Of a stretch of 64,000 nt of DNA, positions 1 to 9,895 are shown in pieces. The position numbers were made by a program, and so were the translations under genes. Source of the stretch: Candidatus Krumholzibacteriia bacterium (GTDB lineage: Bacteria > Krumholzibacteriota > Krumholzibacteriia > JAJRXK01); contig JBGPIA010000003.1 of assembly GCA_041484665.1 (NCBI GenBank), positions 96,001 to 160,000 on the forward strand, given 5' to 3'. The notes beneath the pieces are model-generated. The model made no database searches. It was not told where the DNA came from and saw only the letters and a list, made by a program, of their open reading frames with translations. Position 1 is the stretch's first letter. Each line of letters starts with the position of its first letter.

Positions 1-1
1 G

Positions 2-2035
2 CACGTCGTGGATGGCAGTGCTCTTGCCCGAGCCGGAGACGCCGGTGACGGCCACCAGGCAACCCAGCGGGATCTCGAGGTCGATGTCCTTGAGGTTGCG
101 CGCCGTGATCCCGCGCACCACCAGGCGGGGCCCGTGGGGCGTGCGGTGCGCGCCGCGGCCGGCGGACGGCCGCCGCGCGAGCCACTGCCCGGTCGGGCTG
201 GCCGCGCTGGCCACGATCTGCGCCGGGGTTCCCTGCGCCACGAGGTAGCCGCCGTGCTCGCCGGCGCCGGGCCCCAGGTCCAGGACGTGGTCGGCCGCCT
301 CGATGATATCGCGGTCGTGCTCGACCACCACCACGGTGTTCCCACGGTCACGCAGCCGCTGCAGCAGCCCGATCAGGCGGCCGGTGTCGCGCGCGTGCAA
401 CCCGACGCTGGGCTCGTCCAGCACGTACAGGACGCCGGTCAGGCGGCTGCCCAGCTGGGTGGCCAGGCGGACGCGCTGGCCCTCCCCACCGCTGAGCGAA
501 TCCGCCGCACGGTCGAGGCTGAGGTAGCCCAGCCCAGCCTCCACCAGGAACTCCACGCGCGTCAGGATCTCCGCGAGCAGCGGTGCGGCGATTCGCGCGG
601 CCGCTCCGTCGAAGCGCAGCTCGCGTCCGCGCGCGGCCAGCGCGCAGAGGGGCAGCGCGCAGAGCGTCCCCAGGTCGAGCCCGTGCAGCCGTACCGCGAG
701 AGCCTCCGGCCGCAGACGCATCCCGCGGCACGCCGCGCAGGCCTGCTGCTCCATGAACGACTCGCACCAGGCGCGGATGCTCGGGCTGCTGGTGGCCTCG
801 GCGCGGCGCTCGATCATGGCGCGCAGCCCCTCGAAGTCGGTGAGGAACCGCTCGTGGCCGCGGGCGGCCAAGCGCAGCGCGGCGAACTCCGCCCCCTGCG
901 TTCCGTCCAGCAGCGCGCGCGCCAGCGTGGGCGAGAGGTCGGTCACCGGCACGTCGAGCGACCCGCCCAGCGCGGCGACCAGGTGCTCGACCTGCTGCCA
1001 GGTGAAGCTCTGGGCGCGGCCGCGCAGCGGCGCGAGCGCTCCGGCGCGCAGCGAGAGCGACGGGTCGGGGATGAGCAGCGCGTCGCCCACGCGGCGCCGG
1101 CTGCCCAGGCCCCGGCAGTGCGGGCAGGCTCCCGCCGGGGAGTTGAAGCTGAACAGGCGCGGCTCGAGCGCGGGGCTCCCCTCGCCGCACGCAGGGCAAG
1201 CCAACTTCTCGCTGTACAGTCGCTCCTCGCCGCTGTCCGCCTGTACCAGCATGCGCCCCTCGCCCAGGGCCAGCGACAGCTCCACGCTGGCCTGTAGGCG
1301 CTGCATCGACGCGTTACCGCTCACCAGCCGGTCCACCACCACGTCCAGGTCGTGGCGTGCGCCTTTCTCAAGCGCCTCGAGCGCGCCCAGCTCCTGCAGT
1401 TGTCCGTCCACGCGCACGCGGAGCAGCCCGCGGCGGCGCAGGTCCGTCAGCAGTTTGCGCTGCTCGCCGCGCCGCCCCCGCACCACCGGCGCCAGCAGCG
1501 TCAGCTTGGTCCCGGGCGCCAGCGACTGCAGGTCCTCGAGAATGTTGGCCGGATGGCTCGTGCGCATCGCTACGCCGCAACGCGGGCAGGAGGGCTCGCC
1601 CAGCCGCGCGTAGAGCAGCCGCAGGAACGGGAGGATCTCGGTGACCGTGCCCACGGTGCTGCGGGGGTTGCCCTGCAGGCCACGCTGCTCGATGGCCAAG
1701 GCGGGGCTGAGGCCCTCCACGCGGTCGACGTCGGGCTTGGGCACCTGCTCGAGGAATTGGCGAGCGTATGCCGAGAGGCTCTCTAGATAGCGGCGCTGCC
1801 CCTCGGCATACAGCGTGTCGAAGGCCAGGCTGCTCTTGCCCGAACCACTGGGACCGGTGACGACCACCAGACGGTGCCGGGGGATGCGCAGGGTGAGGTT
1901 CTTGAGGTTGTTCTGGCGGGCACCGCGCAGGACGATGGCGTCGGCCGTCGCGGCTCGCCCAGGCGGCACCGCAAAGGCGCCCGGAGCCGTGCCGGAGCCG
2001 GGGTCGTGCGCGTGTGCGGCGAGTGGGAGGGTCAT
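2..2035 (-). CDS. uvrA: Excinuclease ABC subunit A (partial, runs off the left edge of the window)
   Basis: Manual translation from ATG at 2035: RGARQNNLKN, Walker A GPSGSGKSSLAFDTLYAEGQRRY, Zn-finger CxxC pairs, LSGGEGQRVRLATQLG, LDEPSVGLH, second Walker A GVSGSGKS. Absent from the ORF track because it has no stop in the window. Confidence 0.96.
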   Translation of the reverse strand, partial: MTLPLAAHAHDPGSGTAPGAFAVPPGRAATADAIVLRGARQNNLKNLTLRIPRHRLVVVTGPSGSGKSSLAFDTLYAEGQRRYLESLSAYARQFLEQVPKPDVDRVEGLSPALAIEQRGLQGNPRSTVGTVTEILPFLRLLYARLGEPSCPRCGVAMRTSHPANILEDLQSLAPGTKLTLLAPVVRGRRGEQRKLLTDLRRRGLLRVRVDGQLQELGALEALEKGARHDLDVVVDRLVSGNASMQRLQASVELSLALGEGRMLVQADSGEERLYSEKLACPACGEGSPALEPRLFSFNSPAGACPHCRGLGSRRRVGDALLIPDPSLSLRAGALAPLRGRAQSFTWQQVEHLVAALGGSLDVPVTDLSPTLARALLDGTQGAEFAALRLAARGHERFLTDFEGLRAMIERRAEATSSPSIRAWCESFMEQQACAACRGMRLRPEALAVRLHGLDLGTLCALPLCALAARGRELRFDGAAARIAAPLLAEILTRVEFLVEAGLGYLSLDRAADSLSGGEGQRVRLATQLGSRLTGVLYVLDEPSVGLHARDTGRLIGLLQRLRDRGNTVVVVEHDRDIIEAADHVLDLGPGAGEHGGYLVAQGTPAQIVASAASPTGQWLARRPSAGRGAHRTPHGPRLVVRGITARNLKDIDLEIPLGCLVAVTGVSGSGKSTAIHDV

Positions 2036-2039
2036 GGCC

Positions 2040-5000
2040 TCAGGACCGCGCTGCGCGCGACCCGGCCAGATGGTCGAGGCGCTTCTTCGCCTCGGACCCC
2101 CACTGGCTCTGTGCTCCCTGTGCCTGGAGCACTTTCTCGTAGAGCGAGCGCGCGGCGTCGGCGCGCCCCATGCGCTCGTACACGTCTCCGGCGCGCAGCT
2201 GCGCGGTGACCGCCAGCTCGGTCATCGACGCGTACAGGTACGGGATCTTGAGGAATCCGGCTGCCGACTCCTCCAACCGGCCAAGCTGTTGCAACGAGTC
2301 GGCGATCCAGAACTGCGCGAAGGCCTGCCCTTCCTCGTCGAGCAGCGGCAGCACCTTCTGGTACGCGCCAAGCGCGATCTCGTACTGCCCCATCTCGTGG
2401 TGGCAATAGGCGATCTGCACCAGCACGTCCTGCGCTTGCGGGTAGTCGGGATACCGTTCCAGCAGCGCGTGGTACACCGCGAGGGCCTGCTCGAATTGGC
2501 CCAGCTGGCGCAACGCGGTGGCCTCCCCGCGCATGGCCTCGGGCGCCAGCGCGTGGTCGGGGTGCCCCTCCGCCAGTCGCGCGAAGGCGTCTTTGGCCTG
2601 GGCGTGGTCGCCGGCGTCGGCGGAGATGACCCCGACCTTGAAGAGCGCCTGCGCGGCCCACTCGCCGCCGGGATCGCGGCGGACCGCCTCGCGGAACTCG
2701 GGCAGGGCATCCTGCAGCTTGCCACCCTTCGCCAGCAGCAGCCCCTGCGCGTAGGCGGCGCGGGCGCGCAGGTCGGCCGAGCCTGCGGCCAGCCCAGCCG
2801 CCTGGTATTGCTGCTGCGCGTCCTGCCCCTGCCCTTGCCCTGCCAGCGCGTCGGCGTAGTCCAGCCGCGCGCGCGTCAGCAGGTCGCCGGCGTCGGGGTA
2901 CCCGTCGGACAGCCGCTGCAGGTCGGCGCGAGCCCCCGCCACGTCGCCGGCCGCCGCCCGAGCCCGCGCGCGCAGCGCGACCGCCTTGCCGCTCGGGGTG
3001 GCGGCAGCGGGCGCCGCGCGATCCACCCAGACCAGCGCCTCGCGCGGCCGCCCCAGCGTGAGCTCCAGCTCGGCGATGCGCAGCGCCGCGTCCGACTCGG
3101 TCGCCAGCTGCGCGTCGACATCGACCAGCCGCACCAACGCGTCGCGTGCGGCCGCCGGGCGCCCACCCGACTCCTCCAGACCGGCGATCTTCAACAGGCT
3201 GCGGCCGACGTAACGGCTGCCTGCCGGTCCTTCGGCCAGGGAATGGAAGCGCACGAGCGCCGCCTCGTTCGTTCCCAGACGCGCCAGCGTGGTGCCCAGG
3301 CGGTAGCTCGCGTCGTCTGTGTAGACGCCGTCGGGGTAACGCTCCAGGAGCTGTTGGTAATGGTCGGCAGCCTTCTGGGCGTCGCCCGAGAACAGGGCGC
3401 AATCGCCGGCCAGCAGCAGCGCGCGCTGCCCGCGCTGGCTGTCCGGATAGGCGCCCGCGTACGTGAGGTAGAGCTCCTCGGCCTGCGCGTAGCGCTTGGC
3501 GGCGCGGTGGACCTCGGCCAGCGCGTAGCGCGCGGCCACCGCCACCTCCTCCGATCCGGCACGCTCCAAGACCTGGCGGAGTTGCTCGGCCGCGCCGGCG
3601 CCATCCTCCGCCTGCAGCAGCAGCTGGCCGAGGGTGTACCGCAATGCCAGCTCGCGGGTCGGCGACGGAGCGAGCTTGAGGGCCGCCTGCGCCCGGGCGA
3701 TGCGGGCCTGCACGGGCTCGCTCGAAGCCAGCTCGCTCAGTCGCCACAACAGCCAGGCCCGGTCGTCGCGCTCGGTGGTGGACTCGAGCGCGGCGGCCAT
3801 GCGGGTGGCGAGATCGCCCAACGCCCGAGCATTCAGGTCCAGCTCCTCCAGCGGCCCCACACCGCCCAACAGCGGTGAGTCCTGGCTGTCGAACAGCGCC
3901 GGCGTGTCCGGCAACGCGGCGCGCGCGAGGTCCAGGCGCAGCAACGCGAGTTGCGCCCGCGACCTCTGCCTGGGAGCGTCGGTGCGCTGCGCAGCGTCGG
4001 CATAGGCCGCGCGCGCGGCGGCGAGCTGTTGGCGCATGGCCGCCATCTCCTGCCGTAGGGCAGCGTCCACGGCCAGCGCCTCGTAGGCCAAACCGCTCTC
4101 CACCTGCGCCTGCGCGCGCTGCTCCGGGTTCGCTGCCGCCCGAGCGGCGCTGGCGAAGCGCTCCAGAGCAGCCTGGGGATCGCCGAGGCGGTCACGCACG
4201 AGCGCGCCCGCGGTCAGCGCCATCGCGGCCGGGTCGAGATCGGTGCGCGAGGTGAGCGCTGCGAGCTCGCGCGCCGCCGTCTCGGGGTCCTTGGCCAGGC
4301 GTCGCTGCAGCCGGCGCACGAGTGCGCGCGCCTCGGCCGCCTGCGACGAGACGGGATGCTCCTGCAGGAGCCGTCCACCGACGGCCAGCGCGGCGCGGTC
4401 GTCCCCCTTGCGCGCCAGATGGTCCATGCCGCGCAGCAACGCCTCGGCTTGCAACGCCGCCGGCGCGTCCGTCGCCGCAGCGGCCAGGCAGAGGTCCGCC
4501 GCGAGCGCACGACGGCCGAGCAGGTCCCCGGTGATGCGAGCCGCCTCCATCAAGGCGTGCGCCTTGTCCGCGGGTTGCGGCGCGTGCCGCTGCGCCTCCT
4601 GCCAGGCCGTTACCGCTCCCTCCAGGTTGCCCTCCTGTTCGCGCAGCCCCGCCAGAATCGAGCAGGCTTCGTAGGCGACCGGCGGACCGGCCTTGTCGGC
4701 CAGCGTCTGCAGGCTGTCCTGCGCCGCACGCGGAGCGTCGCCGGCGGCCACTTGCGCCAGCACCAGGCGCGCGCGCTCGGCCTGCGCCGCGGGCGGAGCC
4801 TTCTGCAGCAGCGCTCGCGCCGCTGCGCCTGCGTCGTCCCAGCGCCCGGCGCGCATGTCGCACAGCGCGAGGCCCAGCAGCCCTTCCTGTGTCTGCTCGG
4901 GAGTGCCCCCGCCGCTGGCCGCCTCCCGGTAATGCGCCGCCGCGTCGGCGTACTTGCGGGCGTCCTCATCCAGGCGGCCCAGCCCCAGGTGTGCGCGCCC

Positions 5001-5909
5001 GCGCACGAACGGGTCGGTGTACTGCGTCAGCACGCGCTGGTAGCGCTCGCGCGAGGCGGCCGGGCTCTCCCCGGCCGCGGAGAGCTCGGCCGCGCGGAGC
5101 AAACCCAGCGCTCCGGCAGGCTCGGCGGGGTAGCGTGCGCTGATGGCGTCGAACTGCGCGACGGCGAGCGAGTCTTCGCCGGCCTGCTGGTGGAGCATCC
5201 CGAGGCCGAACATCGCGCGCGCAGCGATGGGCGGATCGGCGCGCCCGCCGATCAGGAAGCGGAACAGCCGCGCGGCTTCGGCGCGCTGCTGCAGTGCCAG
5301 CAACGCCTCGGCCAGGCCCAGGCGAGCGCGGTCGGACTGGTCGCTGGCCGTATACGACGACAGCAGCGTCTCGTAGGTCGAGGCGGCCTCCCCCCAGCGC
5401 TGCTGCGCGGTCAGCAAGTCGGCTCTGCGCAGCAGCGCGGCCGGCGCGGCAGCGCTGCTGGGGAAGCGCTCCAGCAGGCGGTCGTAGCTCTCCAGCGCCC
5501 CCGCCGCGTTGCCCAGCGCGTCGAATGCGCCGCCCGCTTGCAGCAGGGCGTCGGCCGCGCGCGGATCGTCGGGATAGCTGGCGGCGAAGGCCTGCAGCTG
5601 GCGCGCGGCGATGTCCTGCATGCCGTCAGCTAGCAGCTTCCCGATGAACTTCCAGTCGCGGTCGGCGCCCGCGGGGTCGGGACGAGGAGCCGGTACGGCG
5701 GGCGCCGGCACGTCTGAAGGCGGAGTGGCTGCACCCGGTGTGGAGGGAGGCGATGCTGGCACCGCGGCCGGCGGAGATGATGTGGCCAAAGCGGCGGGAG
5801 GCGATGCGACGGCGACGCGAGAGGCCCACGCCAGTGCGGTGAGCACGGCGAGCACCGTCCGCGCTCCACCCGCGGCGGCGTGCTTGCGATGAGACGCCCT
5901 GCTGGCCAT
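2040..5909 (-). CDS. Large exported tetratricopeptide-repeat protein (CpoB/YbgF/BamD-like TPR solenoid, ~1290 aa)
   Basis: ORF 2040..5927 (start placed at internal ATG 5909). Signal-peptide-like N-terminus, Pro/Ala linker, many TPR units of the type 'Y..LL..YP.S..A..A'. Confidence 0.85.
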   Translation of the reverse strand: MASRASHRKHAAAGGARTVLAVLTALAWASRVAVASPPAALATSSPPAAVPASPPSTPGAATPPSDVPAPAVPAPRPDPAGADRDWKFIGKLLADGMQDIAARQLQAFAASYPDDPRAADALLQAGGAFDALGNAAGALESYDRLLERFPSSAAAPAALLRRADLLTAQQRWGEAASTYETLLSSYTASDQSDRARLGLAEALLALQQRAEAARLFRFLIGGRADPPIAARAMFGLGMLHQQAGEDSLAVAQFDAISARYPAEPAGALGLLRAAELSAAGESPAASRERYQRVLTQYTDPFVRGRAHLGLGRLDEDARKYADAAAHYREAASGGGTPEQTQEGLLGLALCDMRAGRWDDAGAAARALLQKAPPAAQAERARLVLAQVAAGDAPRAAQDSLQTLADKAGPPVAYEACSILAGLREQEGNLEGAVTAWQEAQRHAPQPADKAHALMEAARITGDLLGRRALAADLCLAAAATDAPAALQAEALLRGMDHLARKGDDRAALAVGGRLLQEHPVSSQAAEARALVRRLQRRLAKDPETAARELAALTSRTDLDPAAMALTAGALVRDRLGDPQAALERFASAARAAANPEQRAQAQVESGLAYEALAVDAALRQEMAAMRQQLAAARAAYADAAQRTDAPRQRSRAQLALLRLDLARAALPDTPALFDSQDSPLLGGVGPLEELDLNARALGDLATRMAAALESTTERDDRAWLLWRLSELASSEPVQARIARAQAALKLAPSPTRELALRYTLGQLLLQAEDGAGAAEQLRQVLERAGSEEVAVAARYALAEVHRAAKRYAQAEELYLTYAGAYPDSQRGQRALLLAGDCALFSGDAQKAADHYQQLLERYPDGVYTDDASYRLGTTLARLGTNEAALVRFHSLAEGPAGSRYVGRSLLKIAGLEESGGRPAAARDALVRLVDVDAQLATESDAALRIAELELTLGRPREALVWVDRAAPAAATPSGKAVALRARARAAAGDVAGARADLQRLSDGYPDAGDLLTRARLDYADALAGQGQGQDAQQQYQAAGLAAGSADLRARAAYAQGLLLAKGGKLQDALPEFREAVRRDPGGEWAAQALFKVGVISADAGDHAQAKDAFARLAEGHPDHALAPEAMRGEATALRQLGQFEQALAVYHALLERYPDYPQAQDVLVQIAYCHHEMGQYEIALGAYQKVLPLLDEEGQAFAQFWIADSLQQLGRLEESAAGFLKIPYLYASMTELAVTAQLRAGDVYERMGRADAARSLYEKVLQAQGAQSQWGSEAKKRLDHLAGSRAARS

Positions 5910-5952
5910 GCCGGCGCTCTCCCTCACCGCCTCGCCGAGCGGTCGCGGCCGC

Positions 5953-7251
5953 TCAGGGATACAAGCGGTGGATCTGGCGCGGGAACGGGATCGTCTCCCG
6001 CAGATGGTGGATCCCCGCGATCCAAGTCACCAGGCGCTCCAGGCCCATCCCGAACCCGGCGTGTTGGAACGTCCCGTAGCGGCGCAGGTCGAGGTACCAC
6101 TCGAACGCCTGCCGCGGCAGCCCTTCCTCGGCGATCTTTCCCTCAAGGTAGGATAGATCGGGGCAGCGCTCCCCGCCGCCGATGATCTCCCCGTAGCCCT
6201 CGGGCGCGAGGCAGTCCACCGACAGGCACACCCGCGGGTTGTCTGGGTCGCGAGCCATGTAGAACGCCTTGATCTGGGTGGGGTAGCGATGCACGAAGAG
6301 CGGCCGGTCGAATTGCTCGGCCAGCTGCGTCTCGTCCGGCGCGCCGAAGTCGCCACCCCACGGGAACGGGTTGCCCCCCGCGTTGAGGCGCGCGACCGCC
6401 TCGTCGTACGACAGGCGCGGGAACGGAGGCTGCACCGCCTCGAGCTTGGCGAGGTCCCGCTCGAGCACGTCCTTGAGCAGTTCGCCGCGCTCACGCAGCG
6501 CCCGGCCCACCACGTGCACGACCATGCGCTCCGCCAGGGCGATGATATCGTCGAGCCCCGCGAACGCGACCTCGGGCTCGACCATCCAGAATTCGGTAAG
6601 GTGCCGGCGGGTCTTGCTCTTCTCCGCGCGGAACACGGGGCCGAAGCAGTAGGCCTTGCCGACGGCGGCGGCCGCAGCCTCCATGTAAAGCTGCCCGCTC
6701 TGGGTGAGGTAGGCCTTGCTGCCGAAGTACTCCGTCTCGAACAGCGTCGTGGTCCCCTCGCAGGCGTTGGGGGTGAAAATCGGCGCGTCGACCTGGGTGA
6801 ACCCCTCGCCGTCGAAGAAATCACACACGGCCCGCTTGACGGTGTGGCGCAGCTGCAGCAGCGCGTGCTGCTTGCTGCTGCGCAACCATAGGTGCCGGTT
6901 GTCCATCAGGAAGTCGGGCCCGTGCTCCTTGGGCGAGATCGGGAAGTCCTGGCTCGCACCCAGCACGTTCAGGCCGCAGGCGAGCAGCTCGTAGCCCCCG
7001 GGCGCGCGTCGCTCGGCGCGCACCGTGCCCTGCACCTCCAGGGAAGTCTCCTGCGTGAGCTCCGTTGCGGCCTCGAACTCGCCCGGCGGCAGGTCCTGCT
7101 GCCCGAACACCACCTGGCAAACGCCCGTGCCGTCACGCAGCACGAGGAACACCAGCTTCTTCATGGACCGGTGGTGGTGCACCCATCCGCGCAGGCGCAC
7201 CTGCTGCCCGTCGTGGCCCGCGATGTCGCGGATCCAGATCGCTTCGCCCAT
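5953..7251 (-). CDS. asnS: Asparagine--tRNA ligase
   Basis: MGEAIWIRD start with GGAG RBS; OB fold (LRGWV..FLVLRDGTG), YLTQSGQLY, FRAEKSKTRRHLTEFWMVEPE, GFGMGLERL. Confidence 0.95.
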   Translation of the reverse strand: MGEAIWIRDIAGHDGQQVRLRGWVHHHRSMKKLVFLVLRDGTGVCQVVFGQQDLPPGEFEAATELTQETSLEVQGTVRAERRAPGGYELLACGLNVLGASQDFPISPKEHGPDFLMDNRHLWLRSSKQHALLQLRHTVKRAVCDFFDGEGFTQVDAPIFTPNACEGTTTLFETEYFGSKAYLTQSGQLYMEAAAAAVGKAYCFGPVFRAEKSKTRRHLTEFWMVEPEVAFAGLDDIIALAERMVVHVVGRALRERGELLKDVLERDLAKLEAVQPPFPRLSYDEAVARLNAGGNPFPWGGDFGAPDETQLAEQFDRPLFVHRYPTQIKAFYMARDPDNPRVCLSVDCLAPEGYGEIIGGGERCPDLSYLEGKIAEEGLPRQAFEWYLDLRRYGTFQHAGFGMGLERLVTWIAGIHHLRETIPFPRQIHRLYP

Positions 7252-7559
7252 GGCGACTCCAGCCTTTCGGCGCGCGCGCCGCCGCACGGCGCCGGCGCGG
7301 CGCACGTGCGGCCCGCTCCCGCCTCCCCTGGTGGCCGGCGGTGCGCGGCCGCGTGGGGAAGTCTTCCAGTGTAGGTGAGCCCCCTGCGGCTGACAATGCT
7401 GCGAGCCGCGCGCCCCGTGGCCCCGCCGCATGCCGCACGGGACGCGGGCGGATCCGGGAGGGGGTCTGCTCTCTCCCGGACGCGAACGCCGGTGAGGAAG
7501 GCAAGGGCGCGGCAACGGCCGCAGCGGTGGGAAAAAGACGCCGGGTAGCGCCGGACCCG

Positions 7560-7576
7560 CGGGCACGATCCTTGCC
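7560..7576 (+). promoter_or_regulatory. Putative sigma54 (-24/-12) promoter
   Basis: CGGGCACGATCCTTGCC: GG(7562-63)-N10-GC(7574-75), matching TGGCACG-N4-TTGC except at the first base; intergenic and oriented toward the gene at 7654. Confidence 0.65.
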
Positions 7577-7653
7577 GTCGCGCAGCGTGGGCGCGCTACG
7601 CGCCGCCGGATGGCCGCTTGCGCCCGCATTTCCATCCACCTGGCCGGGGGCCC

Positions 7654-9852
7654 ATGATCGAGCACGGAGGATCCGCGGCCGACGCCCGCCTGCGATACGG
7701 ACGTGGCATTCCGGCGAAGTCGATTGCAGCCTGCACCACCGCCGGCAGGGTCACCCGCGCAGGTCTTGCCGTGCTGCTGCTGGGGCTCGCGTTGGACGCC
7801 GGCGCTGTGGCGCCGGTGGCGGACACTGCGCTTGGCAGCGACCCGACGGCCGCTCTGGCGGGCGACAACGCGGTGGACACGCAGACTGCCGGCGGACCGG
7901 TCGCCGCGCAGACCCCGATCGCAGCCGCCACCGCGCACACCGCAAGCGTGCAGGCCCCGGCGGTGGCCTCGCCCGACCGCGCGTTGCCGGCGGCCGCGGC
8001 GCCGGAGCCGGGCCTGCAAGGTCCGCCCCGCGCGCGCCTGGCGGACGAAGCTGCGACCCGCGCTGACGCGGCGCAGCAGGCCGTGACCGTGTCGCCGGTG
8101 GACTGGAGCCGCATTCTCGCCGCGCGCGCGGCGCGCTTCGGAGAGAGCCGCCTTGCGTATCACCAGGGCCTCGCATTCCTGGCGCAGGGCAGCCCCGACC
8201 GCGGGCGCGCCGAGCTCGAGCGCTCGGCGCAACTCGACCCGTCGTACCCCGCCCCCCATTTCGCGCTGGCGAGACTGTTCGTGCGCCAACATAGCCCGTT
8301 GGTTCTGGGCAAGCTCTTCGACGGGATGTCCAGCGCCATCCGGGGCTTCCGCAACCAATCGCTGCTGGCGGCCAACACGCTACTGAGTGTCGACCTGACT
8401 CTGCTCGTGCTGCTGGTGTGGACGCTGGGCGTGCTGTTGCTGCGCTACCTGCCGTTCCTGCACCATCAGCTCTGGGCACGGTTGGAGCGGCGCGGGCACC
8501 GGCACTCCCGCGGGCTGGTCCTGTGGGGGGCGATCCTTGCGCCTCTGGGCTTTGGGTTGGGACTGGTGCCCACGCTGGTCGTAGCGTTGCTTCCGGTCTG
8601 GCTCTACGCGGGTTGGCGGCCGCGCGTGCTGCTGACCCTGTTGGTCACGTGGTTCGCGTTGCAGGGCCTGTGGCCTGCGCCCTTCGGTGCTGCACTCGTG
8701 GGCCTGGACCCGCGCAGCTCCAGCTCGCTGGCACTGCGCGCCGCCGAGGAGCCGCCGTCTTTGGCCTTGCACCGCGATCTGGATCAGGCGATTGCGCAGC
8801 AGCCGGGCAGCGCCGACCTGCTCTTCGCGCGCGGCTTGCTGGAGGCGCGTGAGGGGCGCTTCGCGACCAGCACGGCAAGCCTCACCGCGGGCCTGCAGCT
8901 GGACCCTGCCAGCGCGGTCGCCACGACGAACCTTGCCAACAACCACTTCTTCCTGGGCGACGCCGACCGCGCGGTCGCCGGCTACCAGCGGGCGGCCGCC
9001 TTGGACTCCACCCAGGCGCTGGCCTACTACAATCTGAGCCAGGCCTATATCAAGAAACTGTTCTTCAAAGAGGCGGGCGCGGCGATGAAGGCGGCGAGCG
9101 CACACGGCTTCTCTGTGGCCAAGCTGCCCGAAGGGATGCCGCGCGGCGCCGTGCTCTACGTGCGGCCCGACGACGCCGAGCTCTGGCGGCTGGCCTGGGC
9201 CGACCGCGGCTGCGTCGCGCCCTACGACCTGCTGGCGCGCCGTTTGCGCTGGCTGGGCGTGCCGCCGGACCACGTGGGTCTGTGGCTGCTGGTCGGGCTG
9301 GCAGGTTCGGCCATGCTCTCGGTGCTGCGGCGGCGCGAGCGCCTGGTGTTCGAGTGCGCCAACTGCGGATCGCTGGCCTGCGCCGCGTGCAGCGGCGAGC
9401 ACGACGGCAGCGTCCTGTGCGCGGGCTGCGACGCCACCGCGCGGCGCGCCAAGAGCGAGCTGGTGCAGGGAACGTTGCTGCGCAATCGGCGGCGGGAAGC
9501 CGAGAGCGTCTTCCAGCGCCGGGTGCGCCGCCTCAATGCCTGGCTGCTGGGCGCCGGCGGGCTCTACAACGGCGTGAGCGTGCGCGAGACCGCGCAGGGG
9601 CTGGCGCTGTCGGTGCTCACGGCGGGCCTGATCGCCGGCGGACCGCTGGTGGTCGACGCGTGGGATGCGCTGCCTGTGCCCGCGCTCAACTGGCGGCGGA
9701 TCGTGTGCGCCGCCTTGCTACTCTTGCTCGCGCTGCTGGCGCGGTTGGATCGGCCTTCGTGGCGCAGCCGCCAGCTCCATCTGCACCCGTCCAGCCTCGT
9801 GCGGCTGGTGGACCTGATCGAGGGCCGGCCCGTACGCAAACTGAAGACCTGA
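7654..9852 (+). CDS. Multi-pass membrane protein with TPR repeats and a Cys-rich (Zn-finger-like) module
   Basis: ORF 7618..9852; signal/TM segment, two TPR clusters, several hydrophobic helices, CANC-x4-CAAC-x8-CAGC. Start uncertain. Confidence 0.75.
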   Translation: MIEHGGSAADARLRYGRGIPAKSIAACTTAGRVTRAGLAVLLLGLALDAGAVAPVADTALGSDPTAALAGDNAVDTQTAGGPVAAQTPIAAATAHTASVQAPAVASPDRALPAAAAPEPGLQGPPRARLADEAATRADAAQQAVTVSPVDWSRILAARAARFGESRLAYHQGLAFLAQGSPDRGRAELERSAQLDPSYPAPHFALARLFVRQHSPLVLGKLFDGMSSAIRGFRNQSLLAANTLLSVDLTLLVLLVWTLGVLLLRYLPFLHHQLWARLERRGHRHSRGLVLWGAILAPLGFGLGLVPTLVVALLPVWLYAGWRPRVLLTLLVTWFALQGLWPAPFGAALVGLDPRSSSSLALRAAEEPPSLALHRDLDQAIAQQPGSADLLFARGLLEAREGRFATSTASLTAGLQLDPASAVATTNLANNHFFLGDADRAVAGYQRAAALDSTQALAYYNLSQAYIKKLFFKEAGAAMKAASAHGFSVAKLPEGMPRGAVLYVRPDDAELWRLAWADRGCVAPYDLLARRLRWLGVPPDHVGLWLLVGLAGSAMLSVLRRRERLVFECANCGSLACAACSGEHDGSVLCAGCDATARRAKSELVQGTLLRNRRREAESVFQRRVRRLNAWLLGAGGLYNGVSVRETAQGLALSVLTAGLIAGGPLVVDAWDALPVPALNWRRIVCAALLLLLALLARLDRPSWRSRQLHLHPSSLVRLVDLIEGRPVRKLKT

Positions 9853-9895
9853 GCGCCCACCGACCCAAGAGCGCGCCACTGCGCGGGAGGATGCC

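Noticed and set aside
7252..8358. 369-aa N-terminal extension of asnS in the ORF track
   Set aside because: It overlaps the divergent TPR gene; the true start with RBS is at 7251. Similar spurious extensions occur for truB, ptsI, kdsB, kdsD, lpxL and sprA.
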